Origin: a virus
Virus record (IMG/VR): IMGVR_UViG_3300043571_000425
Length of the DNA stretch: 64,000 nt
Direction: 5' to 3' (one strand)
Below are positions 53,288 through 62,259 of the stretch, in pieces. The notes beneath the pieces are model-generated. The model saw only the letters and a program-made list of their open reading frames with translations, was not told the DNA's origin and did no database searches. The position numbers and the translations under genes are program-made. Each line of letters starts with the position of its first letter. Position 1 is the stretch's first letter.

Positions 53288-54023
53288 CTAATTATATACT
53301 ATTTTCTCACCTTTATACATTGAGAAACCACGTTTTTTAATCTCATCAAACGGGATTATGGGAACTGTTAATTTTTCTCTATAAGTAGGATCTAAAAAAT
53401 AGATATATCTCATTTGGCAGCCGCTTAATAATTCTCCACCATGATCTTGTTGTAATTTCTTCAATGGTGTATTTGGGTTTCCATAGGTGTTTGTTACCCA
53501 ATGGCTAATTGCAGATGTTTTTGTTTGTACGGTAATTCTATGAACCGTATCCCCCCCCCCGCGAGAGGTGTCTTAACTTATCAGGCAATCGCCAAATCAT
53601 ATCAGACTTACTATTTATCCCAGTCAAAATAAATCCAGAAGCCCTATAAATAGTACCGTCTCCACACTGACAAGCATCAGAAAAGCTAAGAACCCATTTT
53701 AGATGCGGCGCGTGTTTTCTTAATAGTTTAAATGCAATTGATAACGCCCTGCTTTCACTATTTCTTGGCAGATTGTCACTAAATGCCATGCGGTTTAATT
53801 CAACAAAATCATTCCATTTTGTATCTTCAACTAACCCGATGACCTTGCTTTTGTCCAGTGGTGAACCGAACTGCATCGCACCTTCAAGACTACCATTGTA
53901 GAAAACACCAATATGTATCCGTGAGTTATTAACAACCTTCCCTGAGTAATGAAGTTTTTTAATAATAGCGTTAGCTTCCTGGCTGGTGATAGGTTTTAGA
54001 ATAATGTTTTTAGCTTTACCCAT
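53288..54023 (-). pseudogene. Mom-like (GNAT-fold) DNA-modification gene interrupted by a frameshift in a G10 tract
   Basis: ORF 53538-54023 has HYSG......IGV...G...G...FG.P ... ELNRMAF....PRNSESRALS ... VLSFSD...GDGTIYRASGF, as in Mom-type proteins. It stops 3 codons after C10 (53551-53560). The +1 frame stays open for 88 more codons to 53288, including RYIYFLDP. Confidence 0.6.
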
Positions 54024-54663
54024 GACTCCCTACAAACATTTCACATATTCTCGCTAATGAATTGCCGTTTGAATTTTGATTCGGACTCTCATCAAATTCT
54101 CCCATCCCCTTCGCCACGCTAATAGCATCTTTCACGGTGGCAACCTGTTCCTCTGTTAACGTAAAATTCATACTTGATAACGTAGCGCGATCGCCAGACG
54201 GAATATCGCCAAGCGCGTCCCCCCATTCTGAATCATCGGGCTTTTCCTCATCCAAAAAACTCAACTCCAGTTCACTAAACCCAGTCAAGTCCAAATCAAA
54301 CCCTTCATCCTGCAAAAACTCAAAATCAATCTTTAACATTTCCGGGTCAAATCCGGTATTCATTGTCAACTTATTATGAGTCAACCGATAGGCGACTTTT
54401 TGGGCTTCAGTCAGTCCCGTTACCTGAATCACTGGAATAGTAGCATCGCCTCGCTTCTTAGCCGCTAAAAGCCGTCCGTGACCCTCTAGTAATTCCCCTT
54501 TCTCGTCAACTGCCACCGGATCTAAAAATGTAAATTCCTCAATGGAGTTTGCTATCTGGTCCACATGGGAATCAGGATGTAATTTGGCGTTGTGTTTATA
54601 CGCCATTAATCTGTCAATATCCCATTCCTCAATCTGACTACGCTTAATCGTCTGTTTGTTCAT
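54016..54663 (-). CDS. ParB-like nuclease domain protein
   Basis: The N-terminal region L..Y.HNAK.HP..HVDQIANSIEEFTFLDPV.VDE.GELLEGHGRLLAAKK.G has the ParB N-domain pattern. An acidic C-terminal region follows. Confidence 0.75.
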   Translation of the reverse strand: MNKQTIKRSQIEEWDIDRLMAYKHNAKLHPDSHVDQIANSIEEFTFLDPVAVDEKGELLEGHGRLLAAKKRGDATIPVIQVTGLTEAQKVAYRLTHNKLTMNTGFDPEMLKIDFEFLQDEGFDLDLTGFSELELSFLDEEKPDDSEWGDALGDIPSGDRATLSSMNFTLTEEQVATVKDAISVAKGMGEFDESPNQNSNGNSLARICEMFVGSHG

Positions 54664-55228
54664 TTGGTTTCTCGCTTGGATCTATTATTTCGTAACCTTC
54701 CCTAGATAGCTTGTCAGCAGCCGCATTAATGTCAATGAAGTATTTAATACCCCTCACCTCATTAATGGCATCTGTTGACCGTTTTAACGCCTGTGACCAT
54801 TGATTAACTTCCGCCGCGTTATGTTGAGCGATCGCCTTCTTCTTTTCCTCACCAACTAACTTTAAATCTTCAGCTAATTGTCGAGCTTTAACTTCAATAA
54901 TTTTAGCAACATAATCCCTCGCTAATTTGTGAACTTTGTAGTTTTCAATAACTATATCTGAGAGTTCATCTGATATTTTCTCAGATGTTTTTTCAATAGT
55001 CTTCTCCTGAATGGTCGTCTTGAGGGTGTCGCGGTACTGTCGCCTCTGATCTAGCCACAATTCTCGTTTTACCCAGCCCTCAACCGTCCCCTTTGACTGT
55101 CCAGATGCGTCCGCAAGTCCCCTAATTCCTATGTCATCATCAGCCTCAACATAGCGGCGGCGACATTGTTCTTTAGTCCAAGGGCGTGGTAATTTCTCCC
55201 ATCTCAATTTAGTAATTCCTATTAGCAA
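54644..55228 (-). CDS. DNA-binding protein, possible terminase small subunit
   Basis: The N-terminal segment IRGLADASGQSKGTVEGWVKRELW is HTH-like and is followed by a coiled coil. The functional call is tentative. Confidence 0.4.
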   Translation of the reverse strand: MLIGITKLRWEKLPRPWTKEQCRRRYVEADDDIGIRGLADASGQSKGTVEGWVKRELWLDQRRQYRDTLKTTIQEKTIEKTSEKISDELSDIVIENYKVHKLARDYVAKIIEVKARQLAEDLKLVGEEKKKAIAQHNAAEVNQWSQALKRSTDAINEVRGIKYFIDINAAADKLSREGYEIIDPSEKPNEQTDD

Positions 55229-55287
55229 CTAACTCAATAATTGCACATTAATAAAAAATCGCCATCTTGTGACAGCGATCGCAATTA

Positions 55288-56424
55288 CTATTTTCCAGGT
55301 TTCGCCGTCGTAGATTTAACCGCCGTCGTCACAGAACAAGCCAATTGTGATTTTGACATCGCCACAGTCAACGCCTCTAACGCCGCTTCGCGTTCCACAG
55401 TAGCAGGGCATTTTTTAGCTATAAAATCTGCTAAATCAGCAAACTTTGCGGTCAGTTGCCATTGCTCAGTTAGTGCCATGTGCCGGGTAATCAATAGATT
55501 TATAGATTTATCAATAACATATTTTTTCCGCCATTTACAAGCGGTTGTGGAGTCTACGCCCAAAAATATCTCACACCACTGCAAAGATTTTCCAAGCTCA
55601 ATTGCTTCAATAACTTTTAGCTTTAATTCAATATCAAAACCGACAGGCGCGGTCGGCTTGGGATTGACCCTAAACCAATATTTACAATCTTTGCAAGAAT
55701 ACCTACCGCCACGCCTAACGGTGTTGTAACTCTGGCATTTAGGACATTTAACACGCCCGTCAGCAATGGCGCGTAACTTTTCCAATCCCTCTTTTTCAAT
55801 TTGGCGGATCTTCCTGGACCCCATGCCATGAAGTCTGGCAAGTTCCCCAATCGGTATTTTATTAATGTAAAGTCCGTTGATAATTGCGGCGTGTATTTCC
55901 GGCAACTGGTTTATCAATGGCGTGATTCTATCCAGTTCCTCCTGTTGTTCATCCGTCAAAGCCTCCGGTAATTCTGAATTATGCTGATTACACGCCGTTG
56001 CACATTCTTTAGCTAAGTCCAATGGAATATCAAGAGATAAAGCAGCTTGTTCATAGGTAACGCCGTGCTTTTGTGCATACCGTTTAATCTTTTGGTGAGT
56101 TTCTTGTAGTGTTCTAGGAACTTTGATCAGCCGCCCCTTGTCACGGATAAATTGCAAGATTGCACCATTAATAAATAGAACCGCAATACTTGATAATTTA
56201 CACTTCTTTTCAGGGTCAAATCTCTCAATTGCCCTAATTAATCCAGTTGCCCCAATTTGGACTAAATCATCATAGGGTAGGTCACAGCAGAAGGTCATTT
56301 TATGAGCAACTTTATGGACTAGTCCCATGTTGTTAATAACAATCTTGTTTCTAATTCTTATATCTTTAGTGGCGTGATAATTGATTAATAATTGAAGATT
56401 GTCTTCATAATTGGTATTTGACAT
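55288..56424 (-). CDS. sigma-70 family sigma factor fused to a Zn-ribbon/HTH (IS1 InsA-like) C-terminal extension
   Basis: Region 2 is DLVQIGATGLIRAIERFDP....LSSIAV..I.GAILQFIRD. Region 4 is IGELARLHGMGSRKIRQIEKEGLEKLR. Then come CPKC....CKDC and ELKLKVIEAIELGKSLQWCEIFLGVDSTTACKW. Confidence 0.85.
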   Translation of the reverse strand: MSNTNYEDNLQLLINYHATKDIRIRNKIVINNMGLVHKVAHKMTFCCDLPYDDLVQIGATGLIRAIERFDPEKKCKLSSIAVLFINGAILQFIRDKGRLIKVPRTLQETHQKIKRYAQKHGVTYEQAALSLDIPLDLAKECATACNQHNSELPEALTDEQQEELDRITPLINQLPEIHAAIINGLYINKIPIGELARLHGMGSRKIRQIEKEGLEKLRAIADGRVKCPKCQSYNTVRRGGRYSCKDCKYWFRVNPKPTAPVGFDIELKLKVIEAIELGKSLQWCEIFLGVDSTTACKWRKKYVIDKSINLLITRHMALTEQWQLTAKFADLADFIAKKCPATVEREAALEALTVAMSKSQLACSVTTAVKSTTAKPGK

Positions 56425-56436
56425 AAGTGATTGAAG

Positions 56437-56466
56437 TTGTGATAAAATTATCTGAATATCTATAAT
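56437..56466 (+). promoter_or_regulatory. sigma70-type promoter
   Basis: TTGTGA (56437-56442), an 18-nt spacer, then TATAAT (56461-56466). Confidence 0.5.
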
Positions 56467-56477
56467 CTAATACAATC

Positions 56478-56651
56478 ATGGATGATTTAACGCAGAAACT
56501 TCAATCATTATTAGACGGATTTGGGAATAGAGGTAGTGGCAGAATTGAACGACGGAGCGACGGTTTTTATTATGTGAATAAAATCGTTGTCATGCACCTT
56601 GACCGCAACTATCACAACGCAGTTTCAATATTAAAGCAATTGTTTATTTAA
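56478..56651 (+). CDS. possible 57-aa protein
   Basis: Not in the ORF track (below the length cut-off). The product is MDDLTQKLQSLLDGFGNRGSGRIERRSDGFYYVNKIVVMHLDRNYHNAVSILKQLFI*. It lies between the promoter and dcd. Confidence 0.35.
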   Translation: MDDLTQKLQSLLDGFGNRGSGRIERRSDGFYYVNKIVVMHLDRNYHNAVSILKQLFI

Positions 56652-56660
56652 GAGTTAATC

Positions 56661-57272
56661 ATGATTTTAAACGATGCACAGATAACGGAATTGGCAGCTA
56701 GTGGGATGATCAACCCATTTCAGCCTCAATTAATTAGAGAGGTTAGTATCTGCGGTCATGAACTAATGGAGAATCAGATCAGGAAAGTGATTAGTTATGG
56801 GCTGTCGTCTTACGGTTACGATATCCGATTAAGCCCTAAAGAATTTAAAGTTTTTAAGCATATTCCGGGTACAATTGTTAACCCTAAGAACTTTAATTCT
56901 GGTAATTTAGAGTCAGTAGAATTACAGCGTGATCAATGGGGTGATTTTTTCATAATCCCCGCTCATTCTTACGGGCTGGGTGTGGCAATTGAAAGGTTAG
57001 AAATGCCGTCAGATTTAACAGCTATTTGTGTGGGAAAATCAACTTATGCGAGGGCTGGTTTAATAGCTAATTTAACACCTGTAGAAAGTTCGTGGCGAGG
57101 GAATTTAACTATCGAGATATCCAATTCATCAAGTGCAGATTGTCGAGTGTATGCGAATGAAGGTATTTGTCAACTGCTATTTTTCAAAGGTGAACCATGC
57201 GCTGTTTCTTATGAAGATAGGCATGGTAAATATCAAGATCAACCTGAGCAAATTGTACTAGCAAAAGTTTAA
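56661..57272 (+). CDS. dcd: dCTP deaminase
   Basis: ILNDAQI, SYGYDIRL, IIPAHSY.LG...E....P and VGKSTYARAGL fit Dcd family motifs. 203 aa. Confidence 0.85.
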   Translation: MILNDAQITELAASGMINPFQPQLIREVSICGHELMENQIRKVISYGLSSYGYDIRLSPKEFKVFKHIPGTIVNPKNFNSGNLESVELQRDQWGDFFIIPAHSYGLGVAIERLEMPSDLTAICVGKSTYARAGLIANLTPVESSWRGNLTIEISNSSSADCRVYANEGICQLLFFKGEPCAVSYEDRHGKYQDQPEQIVLAKV

Positions 57273-57273
57273 T

Positions 57274-57498
57274 ATGAATCACGATCATCCATCTCATTAC
57301 AACCAAGGCAATATAGAGTGTATTGACGCGATCGCCTCCGCACTTTCTCCCCAAGAATTAGACGGTTTTGTTCGCGGTAATGTAATGAAATATATATGGC
57401 GATCGCCTCACAAAAATAAAGTTGAGGACTTGAAAAAAGCCCTATGGTATTTGAGTTGGTATATATCTAGGTTGGAGAAAGATGATGCAACTAATTAA
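57274..57498 (+). CDS. DUF3310-family protein
   Basis: PSHYNQGNIECIDAI......F..GNVMKYIWR...K....EDLKKA.WYL is the DUF3310 pattern. Confidence 0.6.
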   Translation: MNHDHPSHYNQGNIECIDAIASALSPQELDGFVRGNVMKYIWRSPHKNKVEDLKKALWYLSWYISRLEKDDATN

Positions 57499-58219
57499 AG
57501 ATTCTCGATTTCAAGTAGTTATTGATAAAGATGCGAGTTCCCCAAACCCCCAAGTCGCTATATGGAAAGGTCAGCATAGATGTGTTGCCGAAAAGTTTTT
57601 ACCCGACGATAAGACACCTACCCCAGAAAGCTGTGGAGAAGCCGTCATCAAATATCAGTTAGCAGGTGACAGGGGGCATTATTCAGTTCTCAGAAAAGCC
57701 TTTGTTAGTTTCCACTGTTTAGGATTTCCCCATAGTGTCGTGAGTCAAATCACAAGACATCAAGATTCAGCTTTTCTTGTTCAGTCAATGCGATATACAG
57801 GACAAAGAATTGTTGATTGTGCTGAGGGTGATATTCCTATTGAGGATGTTTTCTATTTCCGTCCTGTGGGGAGTTATTTTGACAGGAAAGGGAAAAAATA
57901 TGAATACACGGAAGAGAGAAGAGAGAAGCAAAAAAGAAGCAGATTGTTAGCAGCAAAAGAATATGCTAATGAAATGAGTCTGGGATATTCTGAGGAGCAT
58001 TCCAGAGATGATTTACCTTATGGATTCCGCCAAGATTTTGACCTTAGTGGAGACTTGCAAGCTGTTTGGCATTTGCTTGACCAGCGCACCAAAGCCGATT
58101 CTCAAATAGAAGTCAGAACACTTGCATGGATGATATTAGATTGTTTGAAAGAATTTACTCCTGAGCTTACCCAATGGTATTTAGAAAATCGTGCGGGTAA
58201 AGCTAGACTTGCTCCTTGA
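57482..58219 (+). CDS. thyX: flavin-dependent thymidylate synthase ThyX
   Basis: The ThyX signature is TRHQDSAFLVQSMRY (RH.x.S....S.RY). 245 aa. Confidence 0.85.
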   Translation: MMQLIKDSRFQVVIDKDASSPNPQVAIWKGQHRCVAEKFLPDDKTPTPESCGEAVIKYQLAGDRGHYSVLRKAFVSFHCLGFPHSVVSQITRHQDSAFLVQSMRYTGQRIVDCAEGDIPIEDVFYFRPVGSYFDRKGKKYEYTEERREKQKRSRLLAAKEYANEMSLGYSEEHSRDDLPYGFRQDFDLSGDLQAVWHLLDQRTKADSQIEVRTLAWMILDCLKEFTPELTQWYLENRAGKARLAP

Positions 58220-58424
58220 TGTTTAACGCGATCGCTTTTCCATCTTGTAGGGATTGGTGCGCGATCGCATTTCTATTATACCGAATTATGTTATTATTAG
58301 TAAATACCCAAAAACGCGACTATTCAAAGTAGCCACGTTTTTAATTATCGGGTATGCGAATTATTTGTGATGTAGCAATATTTAAACAATGTTATTATTT
58401 ATGGAATAACTATTAATAAATAAC

Positions 58425-59342
58425 ATGAAAAATCAAATTATTCACGGTGATTGTTTTGAGGTTTTAAAGAGTATTTCTGATAAATCAATTGATGCTGTAA
58501 TCACAGATCCGCCTTATAAGTATTTAAAGCATAAACTAGAAACTAACTGGGATGAGAAACTATTTTTCATTGAGGTTTTACGCATCCTCAAAAAAGATAG
58601 TTTCTTAGTATTTTTCGGCAGGGGTGAATCTTGGTTTAGGTGGAATTATCTTTGTCAGGAATTAGGCTTTAATTTTAAAGAAGAGATTATATGGGACAAG
58701 GTTAGAACTTCTAATCCTATGTGTACGATGCCACGTTCTCATGAAAATATTGCTATTTATACAAATGGTAAAGGTACATTAAACGAAGCTAGGATAGATA
58801 AGCTGGAATATGATTCAATCGCAAACCCAAAAGCTATGGTTAATGATTTCAAGAGAATGCTGGCAACTATTAAAAATATTAATTCATGGGATGATTTTAT
58901 ATTATTTAAAAGCGGTACTCTAGGTAGTTCTGATGTTATTAGGCGCAGTGAGGTTACGATACAAGGCGGAATGAAAAAATGTGATAGAGGTTCAGGAACT
59001 TTTAAATCTCACGACAAAGGGCGGAGAATACCCTCTATTTTCAGATGTTTGAACGATTACTATAATTACGTACACCCCACACAAAAGCCATTATTACTTA
59101 TACAGAAATTAATAGAATTGACCACTGTTTCAGGTGCTATGATCTTAGATCCCTTTTGTGGTAGTGGTACAACTGCCGTAGCCTGTAAAGAACTTGGTAG
59201 AAATTATATTTGCATTGAGAAAGAATTAGAATATTATCAAATAGCTTGTCAACGCATAAACCAACCTATTGAACCTGAAAAAGAGGTTGTTCCGGTGGTT
59301 GAGGAGTTGCCGAAAGTTGAGCAATTATCACTATTTGGTTAA
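58425..59342 (+). CDS. DNA methyltransferase (N6-adenine/N4-cytosine, DPPY type)
   Basis: Motif IV is VITDPPY near the N-terminus and motif I is DPFCGSGTTAVAC near the C-terminus. This is the beta-class order. Confidence 0.85.
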   Translation: MKNQIIHGDCFEVLKSISDKSIDAVITDPPYKYLKHKLETNWDEKLFFIEVLRILKKDSFLVFFGRGESWFRWNYLCQELGFNFKEEIIWDKVRTSNPMCTMPRSHENIAIYTNGKGTLNEARIDKLEYDSIANPKAMVNDFKRMLATIKNINSWDDFILFKSGTLGSSDVIRRSEVTIQGGMKKCDRGSGTFKSHDKGRRIPSIFRCLNDYYNYVHPTQKPLLLIQKLIELTTVSGAMILDPFCGSGTTAVACKELGRNYICIEKELEYYQIACQRINQPIEPEKEVVPVVEELPKVEQLSLFG

Positions 59343-59558
59343 TCCCTAAAACCCTTACCCTGCCTACGTTCCCAGCTTTCCCTACAGAATCTTATTCATG
59401 GTTGCCAAAAGTGAAGAATTTAATTAATTTTTTCTTCTGATTGATCTGTTTCCCCTAAAATCCTCTTTTTGATTAAACGCATTTAAGTTATATGGCATGA
59501 AGAAAAAGATTCTGTATGGAAAATCCAGAACCTAGTCACAGCAAGGGTTATTGAAATA

Positions 59559-59587
59559 TTGATAATCTTATTAAAATAGCCTATAAT
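59559..59587 (+). promoter_or_regulatory. near-consensus sigma70-type promoter of the type IV-B-like operon
   Basis: TTGATA (59559-59564), a 17-nt spacer, then TATAAT (59582-59587). Confidence 0.6.
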
Positions 59588-59692
59588 ACCCATAACGGAC
59601 AAAACGCCCCAGTGGCCCTGAACCCACCAAGACGTTTTTTATCAGTCCGCTCAATCTGCTCATTTTTCACCCGCACAGATCAAGAAATATAT

Positions 59693-60571
59693 ATGAATAA
59701 TAACGTAAAACTCCCAGAATTGCAAGGTACAACCGTACTCACCCGCCAACAAATTTTAGACACCCGTGAAATGGCGTTTGGCGTGGCGGACAAGATGAGC
59801 GATCGCCAACTTCTAACCCACATGGGGATATTAAACTCATTGATATGGCGGGCTGCTACTGACTATCAGGCTATACGCAAGGATAACGACGGCGTGGAAA
59901 GGATTATTCCTGAGAACTGGAATAATTTATTAGCCTGTTCGGTTCAGGGTGAGGTACAAATAACAATCCCTATTGACTGGACTGACAAGTATTTAAAAAC
60001 CTATTGGACGGGCGCGTTCCATGACCAGAAAACCGTGAGAACCTACCGGAAACAGCAGTTATCATGGGGACTATTTTATTTTGATATTGAGAACCGTCCC
60101 AAGGGCGCTATGTGGGGAGCATTCACAGGCACTCCCAACCAAGGAATAGCTACACCGCCCGTATTAGAACGGGTTGACGTTGCCAGAATATTAATTTTTT
60201 ATCAGATGTTTGATCAAATTAGGCGCTCCAAAATTAACGAAAAACTTAAAAATTCTGAGGATGTAACCGCGTTTGACTGTATGCCGGATCATGGCGGTAT
60301 GGTGATGGTTGAACTCTACAACGCCTTATTTTTTGGTGTCTCAGAGTTTTTTGGGGGTTCTTATGGGAGTTCCGATATAGTCATCGGGAGCATAGAACCC
60401 TTACCAGCGACTAAGGTGATTGTATGGCAGTGGCAGAAGCCGAAGGGACTATTTAGGGCATTATGGGAACGGATGGTGATTAAGGCTGGATTTGTTGCTA
60501 AACAGGCGTTAAAGATTGTCACTCAGATGGTAGTCGAGCCGATGGGAGAATTAGCAGAAGTTCCGTTTTAA
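59693..60571 (+). CDS. hypothetical protein, paralog of 12520-13341; first gene of the type IV-B-like operon
   Basis: ORF track 59612-60571 (GTG start). The ATG at 59693 gives a length and alignment matching the paralog. Shared blocks are listed under 12520-13341. Confidence 0.6.
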   Translation: MNNNVKLPELQGTTVLTRQQILDTREMAFGVADKMSDRQLLTHMGILNSLIWRAATDYQAIRKDNDGVERIIPENWNNLLACSVQGEVQITIPIDWTDKYLKTYWTGAFHDQKTVRTYRKQQLSWGLFYFDIENRPKGAMWGAFTGTPNQGIATPPVLERVDVARILIFYQMFDQIRRSKINEKLKNSEDVTAFDCMPDHGGMVMVELYNALFFGVSEFFGGSYGSSDIVIGSIEPLPATKVIVWQWQKPKGLFRALWERMVIKAGFVAKQALKIVTQMVVEPMGELAEVPF

Positions 60572-60617
60572 ATGTCCAATTTTCTCCGATAATAATGTTA
60601 GTTAATTTAAAATTAAG

Positions 60618-61136
60618 ATGAACAATAATAATTATGGAATGTCTCAAACACGAGACAAATGTTATGGCGTAGCCGCTTGTCTTACCTATTGGGCTTTCAA
60701 GTGCCGTGACAGAAAACGTAGTCCAGCGATGGGTACTAAAACCTGGACTTACTTGGAATCAAGTATTAGAAATTCGGCTGAAATATCAACTAATTTAGAA
60801 GATTATTTGCAGCGACTTTGTGATAAACTTTGTTCACAATTACGCCCAATCGAGTTAACAAAAATAATTCAGCCAACACAACGGATACTAAGAGTAAATG
60901 AAGATGCGACGGAAATCAAGGAACTTCCTGTAGATCAAAACTTAGTATTCATGGGATGGTTGGACTTATTGAATGACATAGCTCCTCACGGATTTAGTGA
61001 ATGGGATGTCTTGGAACTACTGAGAACCAAAGCAGGGATTATTCAAGTAATTTGTAGATTACGGTTTGAGGAAGACCGCAGTTTAGGGTTAGATGAACCA
61101 GAAGAGTTTATAGAAGTTGAGGTGACAAATGTTTGA
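60618..61136 (+). CDS. small helical protein in the Cas11 (small subunit) position
   Basis: 172 aa, with helix-favouring composition. Its 8-nt overlap with the Cas7-like gene suggests coupling. The call rests on position only. Confidence 0.45.
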   Translation: MNNNNYGMSQTRDKCYGVAACLTYWAFKCRDRKRSPAMGTKTWTYLESSIRNSAEISTNLEDYLQRLCDKLCSQLRPIELTKIIQPTQRILRVNEDATEIKELPVDQNLVFMGWLDLLNDIAPHGFSEWDVLELLRTKAGIIQVICRLRFEEDRSLGLDEPEEFIEVEVTNV

Positions 61137-62259
61137 TAATTACGATGTTTTTGACCGTGAAAGATTGACATTGCATTGTGTAATTACGACACAAACGCCA
61201 CTTTCACATATTGGGGAAGTGTCGGGAAATGTGAGCAATTTAAAAACATTAAAATTACTGGATTTTGAAGGTAATCCCAGAAGTGTTTTCACCTATTCTG
61301 GAAATGCCTTGAGAAATGGTTTGTTACGGCGTGTAGGTGTAGCTGCGGCGTTAACTGAATTAGGATTACAGGTAAATCCTGATACACACCATACAATGTT
61401 TGCAGGTGGCAGGATTGATGCCGGTACAGCTTCAGATATGGAACTTGATAAAAAGATCCGGGTTCTAATGCCTTGGTTGTCGGTCTTAGGAACTGCTAAA
61501 CCTGCTAAAGTGTTTGGTTCTAAAGATGCCCAAATGGTGCAAGGTAGGATTAATGTAGGTTCTGCTTACTTGGCTTGTTATGAGTCAGCAGAGTACATCT
61601 ACAATCAGATACCAGCAATATTACCACCGGAAATACAGCCAGCCATTCAGAAGCTAATTGAGGCTAAAAATAGACTATCTTCAGACCCATTCACCCCTAC
61701 AAAGGCTGAGGATTTAGATAATTGGAATCAAGTAAAAAGTGATTATTTACCTTTAATTAGAAAGGTAATGAAAACTTGGACTGAGTATTTAACGGTTGAT
61801 CAAACTACCCGCAGAGATGCAACTTTAGATCCTAATTTGATTAAATTTCTGCCAACAGAAGTACAGGCGCAACTCAAGGGAGATGGTGCAGCTAAAGAGA
61901 AAAAATCAGATCAAATGATTGCTTCCGATAGATTAATTATGCCAGGAGCAAAACTATATTCAAGATGGGACTTGAACTGCACCAAGGTTGAGCAGGGTTG
62001 GATTTTTGATACATTACTCAAGTTTGCACAATTTCCATACTTGGGCGGTAAAGGTAATCGTGGCAATGGTCGAGTTAGCATGAATTTCTGGTTTAGTTCT
62101 GAATCAGAGCGCGGATTGTTGTGGAGTTCTGAAAGTGGAGTTGAGAGCGATAAATTCAATCTAGCACACGCTAAATATAGGGAATATATCAATCAGTATC
62201 AACAGTTTTTAAGTGAAGCGAAAACATCAACTGAATTAAGGAGTCTGTTAGGTGGATAA
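61129..62259 (+). CDS. csf2: RAMP protein, Cas7/Csf2-like
   Basis: LTLHCVITTQTPLSHIGE is an N-terminal RAMP strand, YSGNALRNGLLRR follows, and the C-terminal glycine loop is YLGGKGNRGNGRVSMNFW. Confidence 0.7.
   Translation: MFDNYDVFDRERLTLHCVITTQTPLSHIGEVSGNVSNLKTLKLLDFEGNPRSVFTYSGNALRNGLLRRVGVAAALTELGLQVNPDTHHTMFAGGRIDAGTASDMELDKKIRVLMPWLSVLGTAKPAKVFGSKDAQMVQGRINVGSAYLACYESAEYIYNQIPAILPPEIQPAIQKLIEAKNRLSSDPFTPTKAEDLDNWNQVKSDYLPLIRKVMKTWTEYLTVDQTTRRDATLDPNLIKFLPTEVQAQLKGDGAAKEKKSDQMIASDRLIMPGAKLYSRWDLNCTKVEQGWIFDTLLKFAQFPYLGGKGNRGNGRVSMNFWFSSESERGLLWSSESGVESDKFNLAHAKYREYINQYQQFLSEAKTSTELRSLLGG

Noticed and set aside
55241-55729. 162-aa plus-strand ORF
   Set aside because: It is antisense to the 3' part of the sigma-factor gene, whose motifs are unambiguous.
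59612-59692. GTG start at 59612 for the first gene of the Cas-like operon
   Set aside because: The paralog alignment with 12520-13341 begins near the ATG at 59693. The extension would start only about 18 nt after the predicted transcription start. I cannot fully exclude it.
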